A stretch of 64,000 bases of DNA from a virus, in IMG/VR virus record IMGVR_UViG_3300009514_000435, positions 2,497-66,496 of that record. One strand, 5' to 3'. A model generated the notes under the pieces. The model ran no database searches. It saw nothing but the letters and a program-made list of their open reading frames with translations, and was not told the DNA's origin. The position numbers and the translations under genes are program-made. Below are positions 19,328-28,673 of this stretch, piece after piece. The stretch's first letter is position 1. Every line of letters starts with the position of its first letter.

Positions 19328-20135
19328 TGTCTAATATCCCTCTCAATTCTTCAATGCTTCCAATATTGTTTTCCTTAATCCATTCAAAGGCTTTTTCAGT
19401 CATAGATTCAAATTCATCTTTAGTCATGTTCACCAGATGTTCTTCTAGTGCAGAATCAGATGGAAATTTTCTATAATCCACATACAGTTCTGGGGGTATT
19501 CTTTCTTCGATGTTATAGCAACCATAATAAACAGGAACAGTTTTCGCCTTAAAGCAATCTGTAATCTTCTCTGTCACATAATCCCAACTCCATAATTCAT
19601 GGTAAGCATTTTCAAAACACAAGTTAAACTTATACTCATTCAATTTCTTCAATTTAGCCAGACTAGACGGGTAAGTTTCCTTTTCTTCAGATCCGATAAC
19701 CCCCTTGTAATGTTCTTCCAGATAGGGGATTTTCCCATAGGTGTGTTTTGTCAGTTTCTTAAAACTTTCAAACACCTCAATTCTTTTTCCAACCAAATCA
19801 AAATCAACGACCTTTTGGGAAAATCTACATATCAAACAGATACCATTTATCCTATCTTCAAACGGGATAAAAGTTTCCAAGTTACTATAATTATCGAACA
19901 AGGGGAAATTGGGTAACAGGATAGATTCGATATCCATATTCTGGTATTCTTTGTGGAGCTTACTGTTCCAAGTATAAACTTTCTTGTACTGCTTCACATT
20001 TTCCATGTAATAGTTACTAGGTATGATATTGGCTGTTTCTAGTTGAAGTAAAGAGGTTTCTTTGCTTCTTCTATCTGGGGTATCCTGAAAACAAATCTTA
20101 GGATATTCTACAACGGTTTTAAGATATTCTGACAT
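19320..20135 (-). CDS. GT10 alpha-1,3/4-fucosyltransferase-like (possible colitosyltransferase)
   Basis: YKFNLCFEN....DYVTEKI.DCF.AKTVPVYYG GT10 signature. Confidence 0.85.
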   Translation of the reverse strand: MSEYLKTVVEYPKICFQDTPDRRSKETSLLQLETANIIPSNYYMENVKQYKKVYTWNSKLHKEYQNMDIESILLPNFPLFDNYSNLETFIPFEDRINGICLICRFSQKVVDFDLVGKRIEVFESFKKLTKHTYGKIPYLEEHYKGVIGSEEKETYPSSLAKLKKLNEYKFNLCFENAYHELWSWDYVTEKITDCFKAKTVPVYYGCYNIEERIPPELYVDYRKFPSDSALEEHLVNMTKDEFESMTEKAFEWIKENNIGSIEELRGILDND

Positions 20136-20887
20136 TATAATTCCTTATAAGTTTCTCTATTTCGGCTAATATTCGCACACACTTCCGATTTCTGCCAGTT
20201 GACTTTAAACTCATTCAAATCGGTTTCAACATTATAAACATAATTAACATCATCGGTAAATTTACTGTGGGTATCTCCTGCCATTTCTAACATAGGCCAC
20301 ATAAAAGCCAAGTCGCCTGCCATTGGAATAAAATCTCCATTATCATCTTTCAGATGTTCAACTTTGATTTTACGAAATAGCCAAGCCTTCCAAGTTCTCA
20401 TATGAGTAGTGGTGTATGATTTGGTTTGTCTTTGCCCCGCTATACCAGTTATTGGAGGTTTAGCAAAACCGTTTTTGTATTTACCCTCGCCTTCAAAATA
20501 AACGAATTGGCCATAAGTAATCCAAGTCTTTTTATCTTCGTAATAACTTTCAATTCTGGTCAAAGTTTCTTCGTCTGGTAACCAATCATCGCCATCCAGT
20601 GTAATACAAATATCTTCATTATCTATTTCAGGCCTGTCCATCACCTGTTTATAATTACCCGTCTGCCATTGTTTCTCTGTATTCTCTATGATTTCAAATC
20701 TATCATCATTCTGTATGTTTTCTCTAGCCACCTGTATAGAAGAATCTGTAGGCAAATCTGCGGTAATATAACACTTCCAGTTTTTGTTGTTCTGGTTCTT
20801 TAAACTCTGGATAGTCATTCCAATATACCGTTCCGAATTATAAAGAGTGGTAAGGATTCTAATCATCTTTCTAATTCCTTCATCCAT
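20135..20887 (-). CDS. GT2-family glycosyltransferase
   Basis: YNSERYI...IQSL.NQ, LDGDDWL, HMRTWKA, D.AFMWPMLEMAG. Confidence 0.85.
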   Translation of the reverse strand: MDEGIRKMIRILTTLYNSERYIGMTIQSLKNQNNKNWKCYITADLPTDSSIQVARENIQNDDRFEIIENTEKQWQTGNYKQVMDRPEIDNEDICITLDGDDWLPDEETLTRIESYYEDKKTWITYGQFVYFEGEGKYKNGFAKPPITGIAGQRQTKSYTTTHMRTWKAWLFRKIKVEHLKDDNGDFIPMAGDLAFMWPMLEMAGDTHSKFTDDVNYVYNVETDLNEFKVNWQKSEVCANISRNRETYKEL

Positions 20888-21651
20888 GAATCGAATATTT
20901 CATCATTGGATAGGTTCAACTCAAAGTTATCTTTAATGGCTTCTGTACCATGAAAATTCACACCTGTCATTTCACACTCTTTTGGAATGTAACTCCAAGT
21001 CTCACTCACAGAAGAAAGGTAAACATCTGATACCTGTTCATACATTTCTTGCTTATTATCAATGTGTCCTCTATGAACAAATCTATTAGGAAAGGCTCTG
21101 ACTATCTGGTTGAAATAAACTTGGTCTGAAATGTTACCAAATAAATATATCTGTTTCATTCCATCTTCTATAGCTCTTTTCACTGAAATATATGTCTGCT
21201 TATTTCTATCAACCGAACCAATTATACCTGCCACTTTGTCAGGTTTACTGGTAATTGGCTTTAGTTCATCTATCACATTTGGTAGAATAAAAGAAGGATG
21301 ATCCACTTCATGCCATTCTTTTTGTGGTCTTGATACAAAATGAATTTTATCATAAATATGGTATATAAAACTTTTAATAGGTCTTACATCCTTTTCATGG
21401 CAAGAATATATTAACTTGCCTTTTATTGGGGGTTTGGAATCCCAGTTTGGGTTCCAAAAGTGGAGAATTAAATCATCTGATTCTTCTAAATTTAAATCCG
21501 AAATTAAGCCCGATTTACACTTATCTAAATGCCAAGAATGAGCACCATAAAAAGTACAGTCTACATTCTTGGAGTTAAATAAATTTGTTAGGTTTAAGAA
21601 AGCGACTGTGGAGCCACCACAATTTGACCAACCAGATACAATTTTAATCAT
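20863..21651 (-). CDS. GT-B (GT4-like) glycosyltransferase
   Basis: GGST, HE, FVS..Q, PN, IGSVDRNK, S.SETW...KEC...G. Confidence 0.7.
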   Translation of the reverse strand: MIKIVSGWSNCGGSTVAFLNLTNLFNSKNVDCTFYGAHSWHLDKCKSGLISDLNLEESDDLILHFWNPNWDSKPPIKGKLIYSCHEKDVRPIKSFIYHIYDKIHFVSRPQKEWHEVDHPSFILPNVIDELKPITSKPDKVAGIIGSVDRNKQTYISVKRAIEDGMKQIYLFGNISDQVYFNQIVRAFPNRFVHRGHIDNKQEMYEQVSDVYLSSVSETWSYIPKECEMTGVNFHGTEAIKDNFELNLSNDEIFDSWMKELER

Positions 21652-21667
21652 AATAAACTACCTTCAA

Positions 21668-21675
21668 TGTTTATA
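21668..21675 (-). promoter_or_regulatory. Possible variant late promoter TATAAACA heading the glycan operon
   Basis: One mismatch to TATAAATA, 17 nt upstream of the first GT start. Confidence 0.35.
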
Positions 21676-21728
21676 ACATATCTTCTTATAAGCTAAATTT
21701 TTCTATTTTTTGGACTTTTCTTGGCTTT

Positions 21729-22274
21729 TTATGTTCCAGTTGGAGTAGGATTAGCAACAGGCAAAGAGTCTTTTTTCAATAAGTCAAAAAGAATCGCTAA
21801 TTCATCTCTCAAATCCATTTCTTTCGGAACAACCTCGAAAGGAATCTCCAACAAATCTACTTCTATTTCTTCTTCTAAAAGTTCATTGACATGATTTACC
21901 TGTGATTGATAATCTTCTAATTCAAATTTATTGATTTCATAGAAATTTTGTGATTCTTTTTTGTAATCCTCTCTCTTGTCTTCTAATATTTTATATTGAT
22001 TTGCAGAAAACATTATAGGTTTATCGTTTTCATCCTTCTCAACATATTTTAACAAAATATCCAATTCTTGTTGTTGTAACTGTTGAATACGTTCTGTAGC
22101 GAAAGAAATCTTTCTCATTTCATCTATCTCTTGAATAATTGTGATTAATCTTTTTTCATTAATCAATATATATAACCCAAAGGTTTTATCTTTTTGTCCT
22201 TTGATTTTATTCAATGTTTTGTATAAATCTAACAATCTTTTTCTTTTAAATTTCATTTTCAATACTCCTTTCAA
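21729..22274 (-). CDS. Hypothetical helical protein (DUF1617-like; possible fibre chaperone); true start probably 22256
   Basis: KYVEKDENDKP..LLEEEIEVDL pattern; AAGGAG precedes the second Met. Confidence 0.5.
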   Translation of the reverse strand: MKGVLKMKFKRKRLLDLYKTLNKIKGQKDKTFGLYILINEKRLITIIQEIDEMRKISFATERIQQLQQQELDILLKYVEKDENDKPIMFSANQYKILEDKREDYKKESQNFYEINKFELEDYQSQVNHVNELLEEEIEVDLLEIPFEVVPKEMDLRDELAILFDLLKKDSLPVANPTPTGT

Positions 22275-22284
22275 TGTTTATTTT

Positions 22285-22292
22285 TATTTATA
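22285..22292 (-). promoter_or_regulatory. T4-type late promoter TATAAATA
   Basis: Exact motif, intergenic. Confidence 0.75.
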
Positions 22293-24902
22293 TTATGGGT
22301 CAATTGGGTAAGTCAATATCATAGGAAAACCTATTTCTTTATTACCAGACCAACCAGTTGGTACATAATCGGAACCATCCCATCTTTCAAATTTAATGAC
22401 ACCTTCATCTACTCTAAATACAGAAGATTCAATAGGACTGCCTGCATTATAAAGGCCTGCACATGGTATATACGCATTATCCATAATTGAAGTAGCAGAA
22501 AGTTCGGCAGGTAAGCCTGATATTCCATGTTGACTTGTTCCTGAATGTGTTACCGTACCTGTACTTGGTACTCTTATTGAAACAATATTTCCAATTCTAG
22601 TATAAGTACAATTAACACTTACAGGGCCAGACGAATACCTTATATATCCAGTAAAAGTACCAGATGTATAGGTATCGAGTATAGGTTCACTGGCTCCAAA
22701 TTTAAGACCATTAATAAATCTTACAGTAGAACCGCCTAAACTTATTAATGAGTTTGCAGAATTTAATCCAATATCAATACTTGTTGAAGAATCTAAAGTG
22801 ATTGAACCGTATGCAGAAAGTTCCAACGAACCTACACTCGCACCGTTTTTACTTATGTAAGCAGAATCGTTCCCACTAGTACCAAAATAGATATAATCAC
22901 CATTTGTAGTTGTCCACCCGTTACCAGGGAACGAAAGTTGACCACCGTTATTCAATTCAACATTATCATTAAAAACAGCAGAATTACTAAAAGTAACAGT
23001 ATCACTAAAAGTAACAGTATCAAGGAAAAAAGTATTTCCTTCAAATCTTAAAGTATCATCTGCCTTTATTCTTAAATTACCAACATTTCCTGTATCGTTC
23101 CCCGCACTAATTATCATTTCATTGTCATCAGAATTTGAACGAAAATCCATGTGCATTGTATTATTGAGATCATCTTTAGCATGGAACCTCCACCCTGCTC
23201 CAACACCACCGAAACCAGTGTAAACTCCACTATCATCACCTAAATATGATTGTACAGCACTTGTAGAATCTATATAAAGATTATCGGTTGCTGAAAGCAA
23301 TAAAGAATCCAAATCATCTGATTTTTGTTCCAATACACCCACACCTGAAGTTTCATCCCTGATAACAGTGCCACCACCATCCATGTATAATTTCTTAGCA
23401 ATATAAATATTACCTTGTGCGTTTAAGTATAACCCACCTTGATCTGCGGATAAAGATAAACCATTAGTATCCGAAACCCAATGGTTTTCAAGTACACCCA
23501 TATTGGATATAAAACTTCCATTATTTGGCCCGATCATCCTCAATTGAGGATATATTCTAACATATCCAGATGCACTGCCATGTAATCTCAAGTTTATAGT
23601 TGCGGATAATGTTAAATCCAAACTTGAACCTACTTCTTCTATATGTCCGTATCGTACACCATTTTCATTGTTAAAATAAACAAAATCATTCCAAAAATGA
23701 GTAGTAGCACTGACATGTACATCATCACCTTTAAAATTAACAGTGTTAATATCAACATCACCAACTGAAGCACTTAATGTTAAAGTCCCTGTACCTTCGT
23801 TCACATTAACATGTAACCCATCAGAAGAAGCTGATAAATCTGTTTGCCCATCTGTTCCGCTTGTTCCTTGTAATCTCAATTGAGCTTTAGAAGTATCACC
23901 AACAGTAAGTCTAGCTTCTATTGGTGTGGGTTCTCCCATATCGCTTTCAAATATGATAACATTATCAGACGTATTTAACCCAAAAGCAGATGTAGAATCT
24001 GACCAATTAGATATAACCAAATTAGTTAAATTGGTCACAGAAGAATCTCTCGCAAAAGCTAGTTGCATTACACCTTCCCAAATTAAACCCTGTCCGTTGT
24101 TTGAAGATATTTCTTTAGTCTGGGTTCCTTCAAAAGAACCCACACTGAAAGGAACAGGTGCAACAGATGTATTCTCTGTACCATTTGCATTCATAGCTTG
24201 AGCATATAAAACTATTTTATTAAATCTAAAATCGCCATGTACTGTTGTGAGTCTAGTTGTGTATCTACCGACATCTAAATTAGAACCTGCGGAAGTTACT
24301 TTTGAAAAACCATCCACTTTGTATAATAAATCTCTAGCATTACTATTGGTAAAAACAACAGGAGGCACTTCGGGAACTTGTGCAATATCTGTACCTGTAA
24401 AACCACCCACACCATCTGAAGTTATCGTTGAAGCTGAAAGAATAACCGAATCAATAGCAGATACACCATTTAATAGGGTAGCTCTGGAAGCCAGTGCTTG
24501 GGAAGAACCAGAAATAGAAAAAGAATCAAACCCAACAGAACTTGTATAACCATAACTATTATTTGCACCAAAAGCACTAGAATAAACAGAATTTTGACCC
24601 GTTAATTGCCATACATCGGCTGATGTTACACCATAAATAGTAGACATCCCTAAAGGGTTATAAAATTTCTGACCTTCTAATGTAGTATGAACAAAATCTG
24701 TAGCAGAAGTAGTGGCTGATAGTGGATATACGTTTGTTCCCAACCCATCTGTTGTTTCTTGTGTAAGGGTGTGATTTGCTTCATCTATTCTAGGATCATA
24801 GATAGGCAAGAAATATTTTAAAGCAAAATAAGAGCCGAAAGAAGCATTATGAATCGCATTTATACCTTCGTCTAATATTACGGATGTTTTTGCCAACGCC
24901 AT
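22293..24902 (-). CDS. Tail fibre / baseplate-attached spike protein
   Basis: 869 aa, G/S/T/N-rich beta repeats, C-terminal YTRIGNIV..ISGLP fibre-tip motif, late promoter. Confidence 0.7.
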   Translation of the reverse strand: MALAKTSVILDEGINAIHNASFGSYFALKYFLPIYDPRIDEANHTLTQETTDGLGTNVYPLSATTSATDFVHTTLEGQKFYNPLGMSTIYGVTSADVWQLTGQNSVYSSAFGANNSYGYTSSVGFDSFSISGSSQALASRATLLNGVSAIDSVILSASTITSDGVGGFTGTDIAQVPEVPPVVFTNSNARDLLYKVDGFSKVTSAGSNLDVGRYTTRLTTVHGDFRFNKIVLYAQAMNANGTENTSVAPVPFSVGSFEGTQTKEISSNNGQGLIWEGVMQLAFARDSSVTNLTNLVISNWSDSTSAFGLNTSDNVIIFESDMGEPTPIEARLTVGDTSKAQLRLQGTSGTDGQTDLSASSDGLHVNVNEGTGTLTLSASVGDVDINTVNFKGDDVHVSATTHFWNDFVYFNNENGVRYGHIEEVGSSLDLTLSATINLRLHGSASGYVRIYPQLRMIGPNNGSFISNMGVLENHWVSDTNGLSLSADQGGLYLNAQGNIYIAKKLYMDGGGTVIRDETSGVGVLEQKSDDLDSLLLSATDNLYIDSTSAVQSYLGDDSGVYTGFGGVGAGWRFHAKDDLNNTMHMDFRSNSDDNEMIISAGNDTGNVGNLRIKADDTLRFEGNTFFLDTVTFSDTVTFSNSAVFNDNVELNNGGQLSFPGNGWTTTNGDYIYFGTSGNDSAYISKNGASVGSLELSAYGSITLDSSTSIDIGLNSANSLISLGGSTVRFINGLKFGASEPILDTYTSGTFTGYIRYSSGPVSVNCTYTRIGNIVSIRVPSTGTVTHSGTSQHGISGLPAELSATSIMDNAYIPCAGLYNAGSPIESSVFRVDEGVIKFERWDGSDYVPTGWSGNKEIGFPMILTYPIDP

Positions 24903-24940
24903 TGATTTACCTCAATATTTTAAAATTTTCATATATTAAC

Positions 24941-24948
24941 TATTTATA
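24941..24948 (-). promoter_or_regulatory. T4-type late promoter TATAAATA
   Basis: Exact motif, intergenic. Confidence 0.75.
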
Positions 24949-25004
24949 ACACTAATGAGTCTCGAACATTTTAACTATTTCGTATGATTCTGGGCCTGAT
25001 TATC

Positions 25005-25445
25005 TCAATTCAGTTTAAAGTTAAGTCGTTTATCCGAAAACTCAAATGTAGTTATTTGGGGCAGTTTACTTTTCATTTTTTTTATAAAAAATGACTTATA
25101 ATTATAACCCAACCAACCTATAAAAACATCACTATTATTCATCGGCAAAACCTGAGCCACTGTTATGAAATTATTTCCTTTTTGATAATCAGCACCCACC
25201 GCAATATTATGTTCTTCCAAAAAAGAAAGAACAGTATAATGATAAACCTCTCCATCCCACACATATAGATCGGGTTCTTCGGAAGAAGTCAATCCAAACC
25301 TAATAGACTTTGTTGACGATTCTACTAATATTTTATTAATCATTCTAGTGGATGGATTTTTGAATATCATAATTTCTTTCCAACTTCTACCATCAAGAAA
25401 ATTTATCTTTGTTGAAAACGTTTGCATTATTTCAACCAATCCCAT
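25005..25445 (-). CDS. Hypothetical protein
   Basis: 146-aa ORF overlapping the upstream GT. Confidence 0.55.
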   Translation of the reverse strand: MGLVEIMQTFSTKINFLDGRSWKEIMIFKNPSTRMINKILVESSTKSIRFGLTSSEEPDLYVWDGEVYHYTVLSFLEEHNIAVGADYQKGNNFITVAQVLPMNNSDVFIGWLGYNYKSFFIKKMKSKLPQITTFEFSDKRLNFKLN

Positions 25446-26071
25446 TCAAATTCTTTTTTCATTCTATCATTATGTTCTAATTTAATATCAAAATCACACA
25501 CAACTCGAAAACCTTGTTTTCTGGCTTTAGTACAAAAGTAAATATCTTCCCCTAAAATATTCTTACTTTTATTTATAGGATTAAAAAAGAAAGGTTCATA
25601 TTTTAATTTTTCAAAAACCTTTCTTTTAATTAGCATAAAGCCTGTTCCTGAACTTCCAACTTCTCTTATCCCTGTAGCGGTTGATTTAAACTGCCCTATA
25701 AAGTTTCCATCTTCATCATTCATGTATGTTTGATACATATCAGAACCATGTTGTTTATAAGGAGCCACTGTAATATCGGAATTTATTTCTAATAACCTAA
25801 TGATATCATCTATATCACCAATTATATCTGAATCCAGAAAAAAGAAATAATTAAAAGGTAAAATTTCTCCCGTACCATCATCAATTAAATGATTCCTTCC
25901 TGAGAAAATTTGTGTTGCATGGCGAGGTTCTACATGAAATTCATAATCCTTATATTGATACACAAGAAGTTTTTTTATTTCTTTCCCTTTTCTTGCTAAT
26001 GTTCTTAAAAGTTGACCTGCATCTGTTACAAACTCATGGTAGAAAGGAATACATATCCTTACTGTTTTCAT
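25427..26071 (-). CDS. GT-A glycosyltransferase located between fibre genes
   Basis: RN, FFFLDSDI, GTGFMLIKRKVFEKL, GEDIYFC, D.DIKLEH. Confidence 0.8.
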   Translation of the reverse strand: MKTVRICIPFYHEFVTDAGQLLRTLARKGKEIKKLLVYQYKDYEFHVEPRHATQIFSGRNHLIDDGTGEILPFNYFFFLDSDIIGDIDDIIRLLEINSDITVAPYKQHGSDMYQTYMNDEDGNFIGQFKSTATGIREVGSSGTGFMLIKRKVFEKLKYEPFFFNPINKSKNILGEDIYFCTKARKQGFRVVCDFDIKLEHNDRMKKEFEWDWLK

Positions 26072-26098
26072 ATTTCAATTCTCCGTTAAACATAATTG

Positions 26099-27553
26099 TT
26101 ATGTTGGTCTTTTCATAACTACACCATCGGGCAATGTAGCATGATTTTTGGTAACCCATAACCCATCACTGGAAGATATAACAGCAGAAGTGGCTCCTTC
26201 TGATAACCCAACTAACTGTATATTATCATTATCAGTCACCTCTAAAACAATTCCACCATCATCTCCATGTGCTTTTAACCTTATTGTTCCTGTGTTGCTT
26301 CCAGAAGTACCTGCACTTATTTGTACAAAAGAACCATCTAAAGGAACAGTTAAATATATACTACCTTCGGCTCTAGCAGACACATTAAAAGTAGAATTTA
26401 TTAATATATCGTTTTGAGAATCCATACTTATATCATTATTTGAATATAATAATATACCATATTCTGCACTTGTGCCTGTTGCTGATAAACCAATTGGGCC
26501 TATACCAGACACACTAAAAAAACCATTATTAGGTGTAACGGTATCTAAAGCACCGTATTGAAAAATAAAATCATTTAAATACGCTTCAAAAGAACTATTC
26601 GCATTTTTCTTTAAATGGTTAATTTTAAATGGGCCTTCGTTAAAATTATAGTATCCTGCTGAAACAGTTAAACCGCCCGTAACATCAGTAATTAATTCAC
26701 TACCATCAGTAAACATTCTCCCTAAAAAAGAACCCACTTGGTTTGATTTGAATATTAAACCATCATCATCATTACCTGTTCCATTAAACATAGTTAAAGA
26801 ATTACCACTAGTGATATGAGAACCACCAATTGTGACATTACCGCTAAAATAAGTTGTAGTTGCAGATAGTTGTATATTTGTTGAAGATGAAGTCTCCAAT
26901 TCGTTTGTGGTTCCATTCCACATAATGAAAGAATTTTGTTGATCACCAAAAGCAACTTTAGTGTCATCTCCCATACTTATTACACCAGCAGAAGTAACTT
27001 GAAATCTTTCTAAACCATCTGTTATAAATCTGATTCTACCTGTAGTTGTACTCCACGTTCCAAGTGTCATTTCTGATGAATCATGGTTCCAACTTAAAAT
27101 AGAAGCAAAATTTTCAGCAGATGAACCAAAAGCTATCCATTGATTATAATTTCTATGTCCTATAATAGAAATACCCTGATCCCATTCTTGTGTGCTTTCA
27201 AATACCGCTAAATTAACATCATTATCAGGATCAGTTATAACACTATTTGGCCCAGATAAAACATGTAATCTTGTGATTGGAGGTGGCCCCGAATCTCCAG
27301 AAATAATTAAAGTAGAATCTTTAACAATTACCCCATCGACAAATTCTTTCAATCCCGATGCAGATTGATCACCAGACAATAACATCTGATTAGTATCATC
27401 AGAATAAAGCAAATAACCGCCACCACTTAATAACCTGTGAACCTGTTTACCCGAATCTGTGGCTATGCCTTTTTGACCAAGACGAAGACCGCCTGCTAAT
27501 AATTGGGCTTCCGTCTTATGTACCCTTTGTACATCTGCACTAGTTATTGTCAT
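26099..27553 (-). CDS. Tail fibre-like virion protein
   Basis: G/S/T-rich; IRFITDGLERFQVTSAG fibre repeat; follows baseplate wedge genes. Confidence 0.65.
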   Translation of the reverse strand: MTITSADVQRVHKTEAQLLAGGLRLGQKGIATDSGKQVHRLLSGGGYLLYSDDTNQMLLSGDQSASGLKEFVDGVIVKDSTLIISGDSGPPPITRLHVLSGPNSVITDPDNDVNLAVFESTQEWDQGISIIGHRNYNQWIAFGSSAENFASILSWNHDSSEMTLGTWSTTTGRIRFITDGLERFQVTSAGVISMGDDTKVAFGDQQNSFIMWNGTTNELETSSSTNIQLSATTTYFSGNVTIGGSHITSGNSLTMFNGTGNDDDGLIFKSNQVGSFLGRMFTDGSELITDVTGGLTVSAGYYNFNEGPFKINHLKKNANSSFEAYLNDFIFQYGALDTVTPNNGFFSVSGIGPIGLSATGTSAEYGILLYSNNDISMDSQNDILINSTFNVSARAEGSIYLTVPLDGSFVQISAGTSGSNTGTIRLKAHGDDGGIVLEVTDNDNIQLVGLSEGATSAVISSSDGLWVTKNHATLPDGVVMKRPT

Positions 27554-27574
27554 TCTAAAACTCCTATTTATTAA

Positions 27575-27582
27575 TATTTATA
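27575..27582 (-). promoter_or_regulatory. T4-type late promoter TATAAATA
   Basis: Exact motif, intergenic. Confidence 0.75.
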
Positions 27583-28656
27583 TTAAGGCCCATCTTCGAT
27601 ATACAAGTCACTAGCACTACCCGTTTCTTCAATAATATCAGGCATGGAACCACTTTCTTCTATTAAATCAAGAATTTCAGGAACTTCAGGATAAGAACCA
27701 TTAAACGGCCATATCGCCTTTGTGGTGTGATAAGAATCCATTCTCACATAAACCGTTTCTAGTTCAAGATTAAAAATTATCTGTAACGTATCGAAAACAT
27801 CATTAATCGGTCTAATAACTTCTACGGCTCTAAGAATATTGTCAAGATCGTTCAACCAAGAAGCAGGTGTTCTGTTTGCATCGATCCTGATAACAAAATG
27901 AGGGGTTGGAAAATAATTATCAGGAAAATCAGATACCCCAGAAGTTAATCCATTTGGATCTTCTTCCAACCAAAAGGTAGGATCGTTTCCGTATCCTCCG
28001 CTTGTAGGGTGATTAGCGTTTGATGACAATTCATCAGAAGTCCATCTATAAACCAAGTCGCCCACTAAACCAAAAGAGTAAAACAACACTTTTACTGCAT
28101 TTCTAGTTGATTTGATTTGATACCAGTTGGGGAGATTTGACACTACAAATCGAAGATATTGATTGGTGTATTCATCGTTTACTGTCGCACTAGTCAAATC
28201 GTTAATATTATTTCTATGGACATCAATATTATATCCCATAAAGTTAGCAATTCTCTGAATAAACTCTATATCCACCAAATTCGGATCTTTTAATTCTGCA
28301 ATTCGTCTTGCTTTTTCTAAAATCGAAATAGTATGAGCAGGATCAGTTATTTCTTCAGTAGCCGAAACAGTACCATAACCGTTTGGATTAGCCGAAGTTA
28401 CGATATTCCCTGCGGAAGTCGTTTGATATTTGAAATAAGTCTTTTCACCATCAGCATCCGTAGTCCAGTTATCTAAAGTTCCAGTAGCCGATATTTCGTT
28501 ATAATAAAGCTCATTTAAAAAATCTTCAAACAAGCCTACAAAATCACCAACTTCTGATTGTTCCAGATGGTCTGGAAGAAATTGTTTTAAATTGATCTCC
28601 TTCCCTTCTGGTTGTCGTAAAGATGAATTTGTGTTTAAATCTGGATCATGTGGCAT
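27583..28656 (-). CDS. Baseplate wedge protein (gp7 / P2 gpI-like)
   Basis: LKDPNLVDIEFIQRIANFMGY, LPNWYQIKST..AVK, IRPIN; directly after gp6. Confidence 0.65.
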   Translation of the reverse strand: MPHDPDLNTNSSLRQPEGKEINLKQFLPDHLEQSEVGDFVGLFEDFLNELYYNEISATGTLDNWTTDADGEKTYFKYQTTSAGNIVTSANPNGYGTVSATEEITDPAHTISILEKARRIAELKDPNLVDIEFIQRIANFMGYNIDVHRNNINDLTSATVNDEYTNQYLRFVVSNLPNWYQIKSTRNAVKVLFYSFGLVGDLVYRWTSDELSSNANHPTSGGYGNDPTFWLEEDPNGLTSGVSDFPDNYFPTPHFVIRIDANRTPASWLNDLDNILRAVEVIRPINDVFDTLQIIFNLELETVYVRMDSYHTTKAIWPFNGSYPEVPEILDLIEESGSMPDIIEETGSASDLYIEDGP

Positions 28657-28673
28657 TCTTGTTCAACCTTTTA

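Noticed and set aside
4147-21651. Sugar cluster as a DNA hypermodification system or host O-antigen conversion locus
   Set aside because: No nucleotide hydroxymethylase, kinase or base-modifying gene and no membrane flippase, polymerase or Gtr-type protein in the window, and the context is late structural. Disfavoured rather than excluded
4147-21651. Bacterial chromosomal DNA (prophage boundary or chimeric assembly)
   Set aside because: Both flanks are phage virion genes on the same strand with late promoters at the junctions; no integrase or att-like signal seen
22986-23021. 18-bp tandem repeat in the fibre gene
   Set aside because: Encodes DTVTFS twice, an ordinary beta-repeat of fibre shafts
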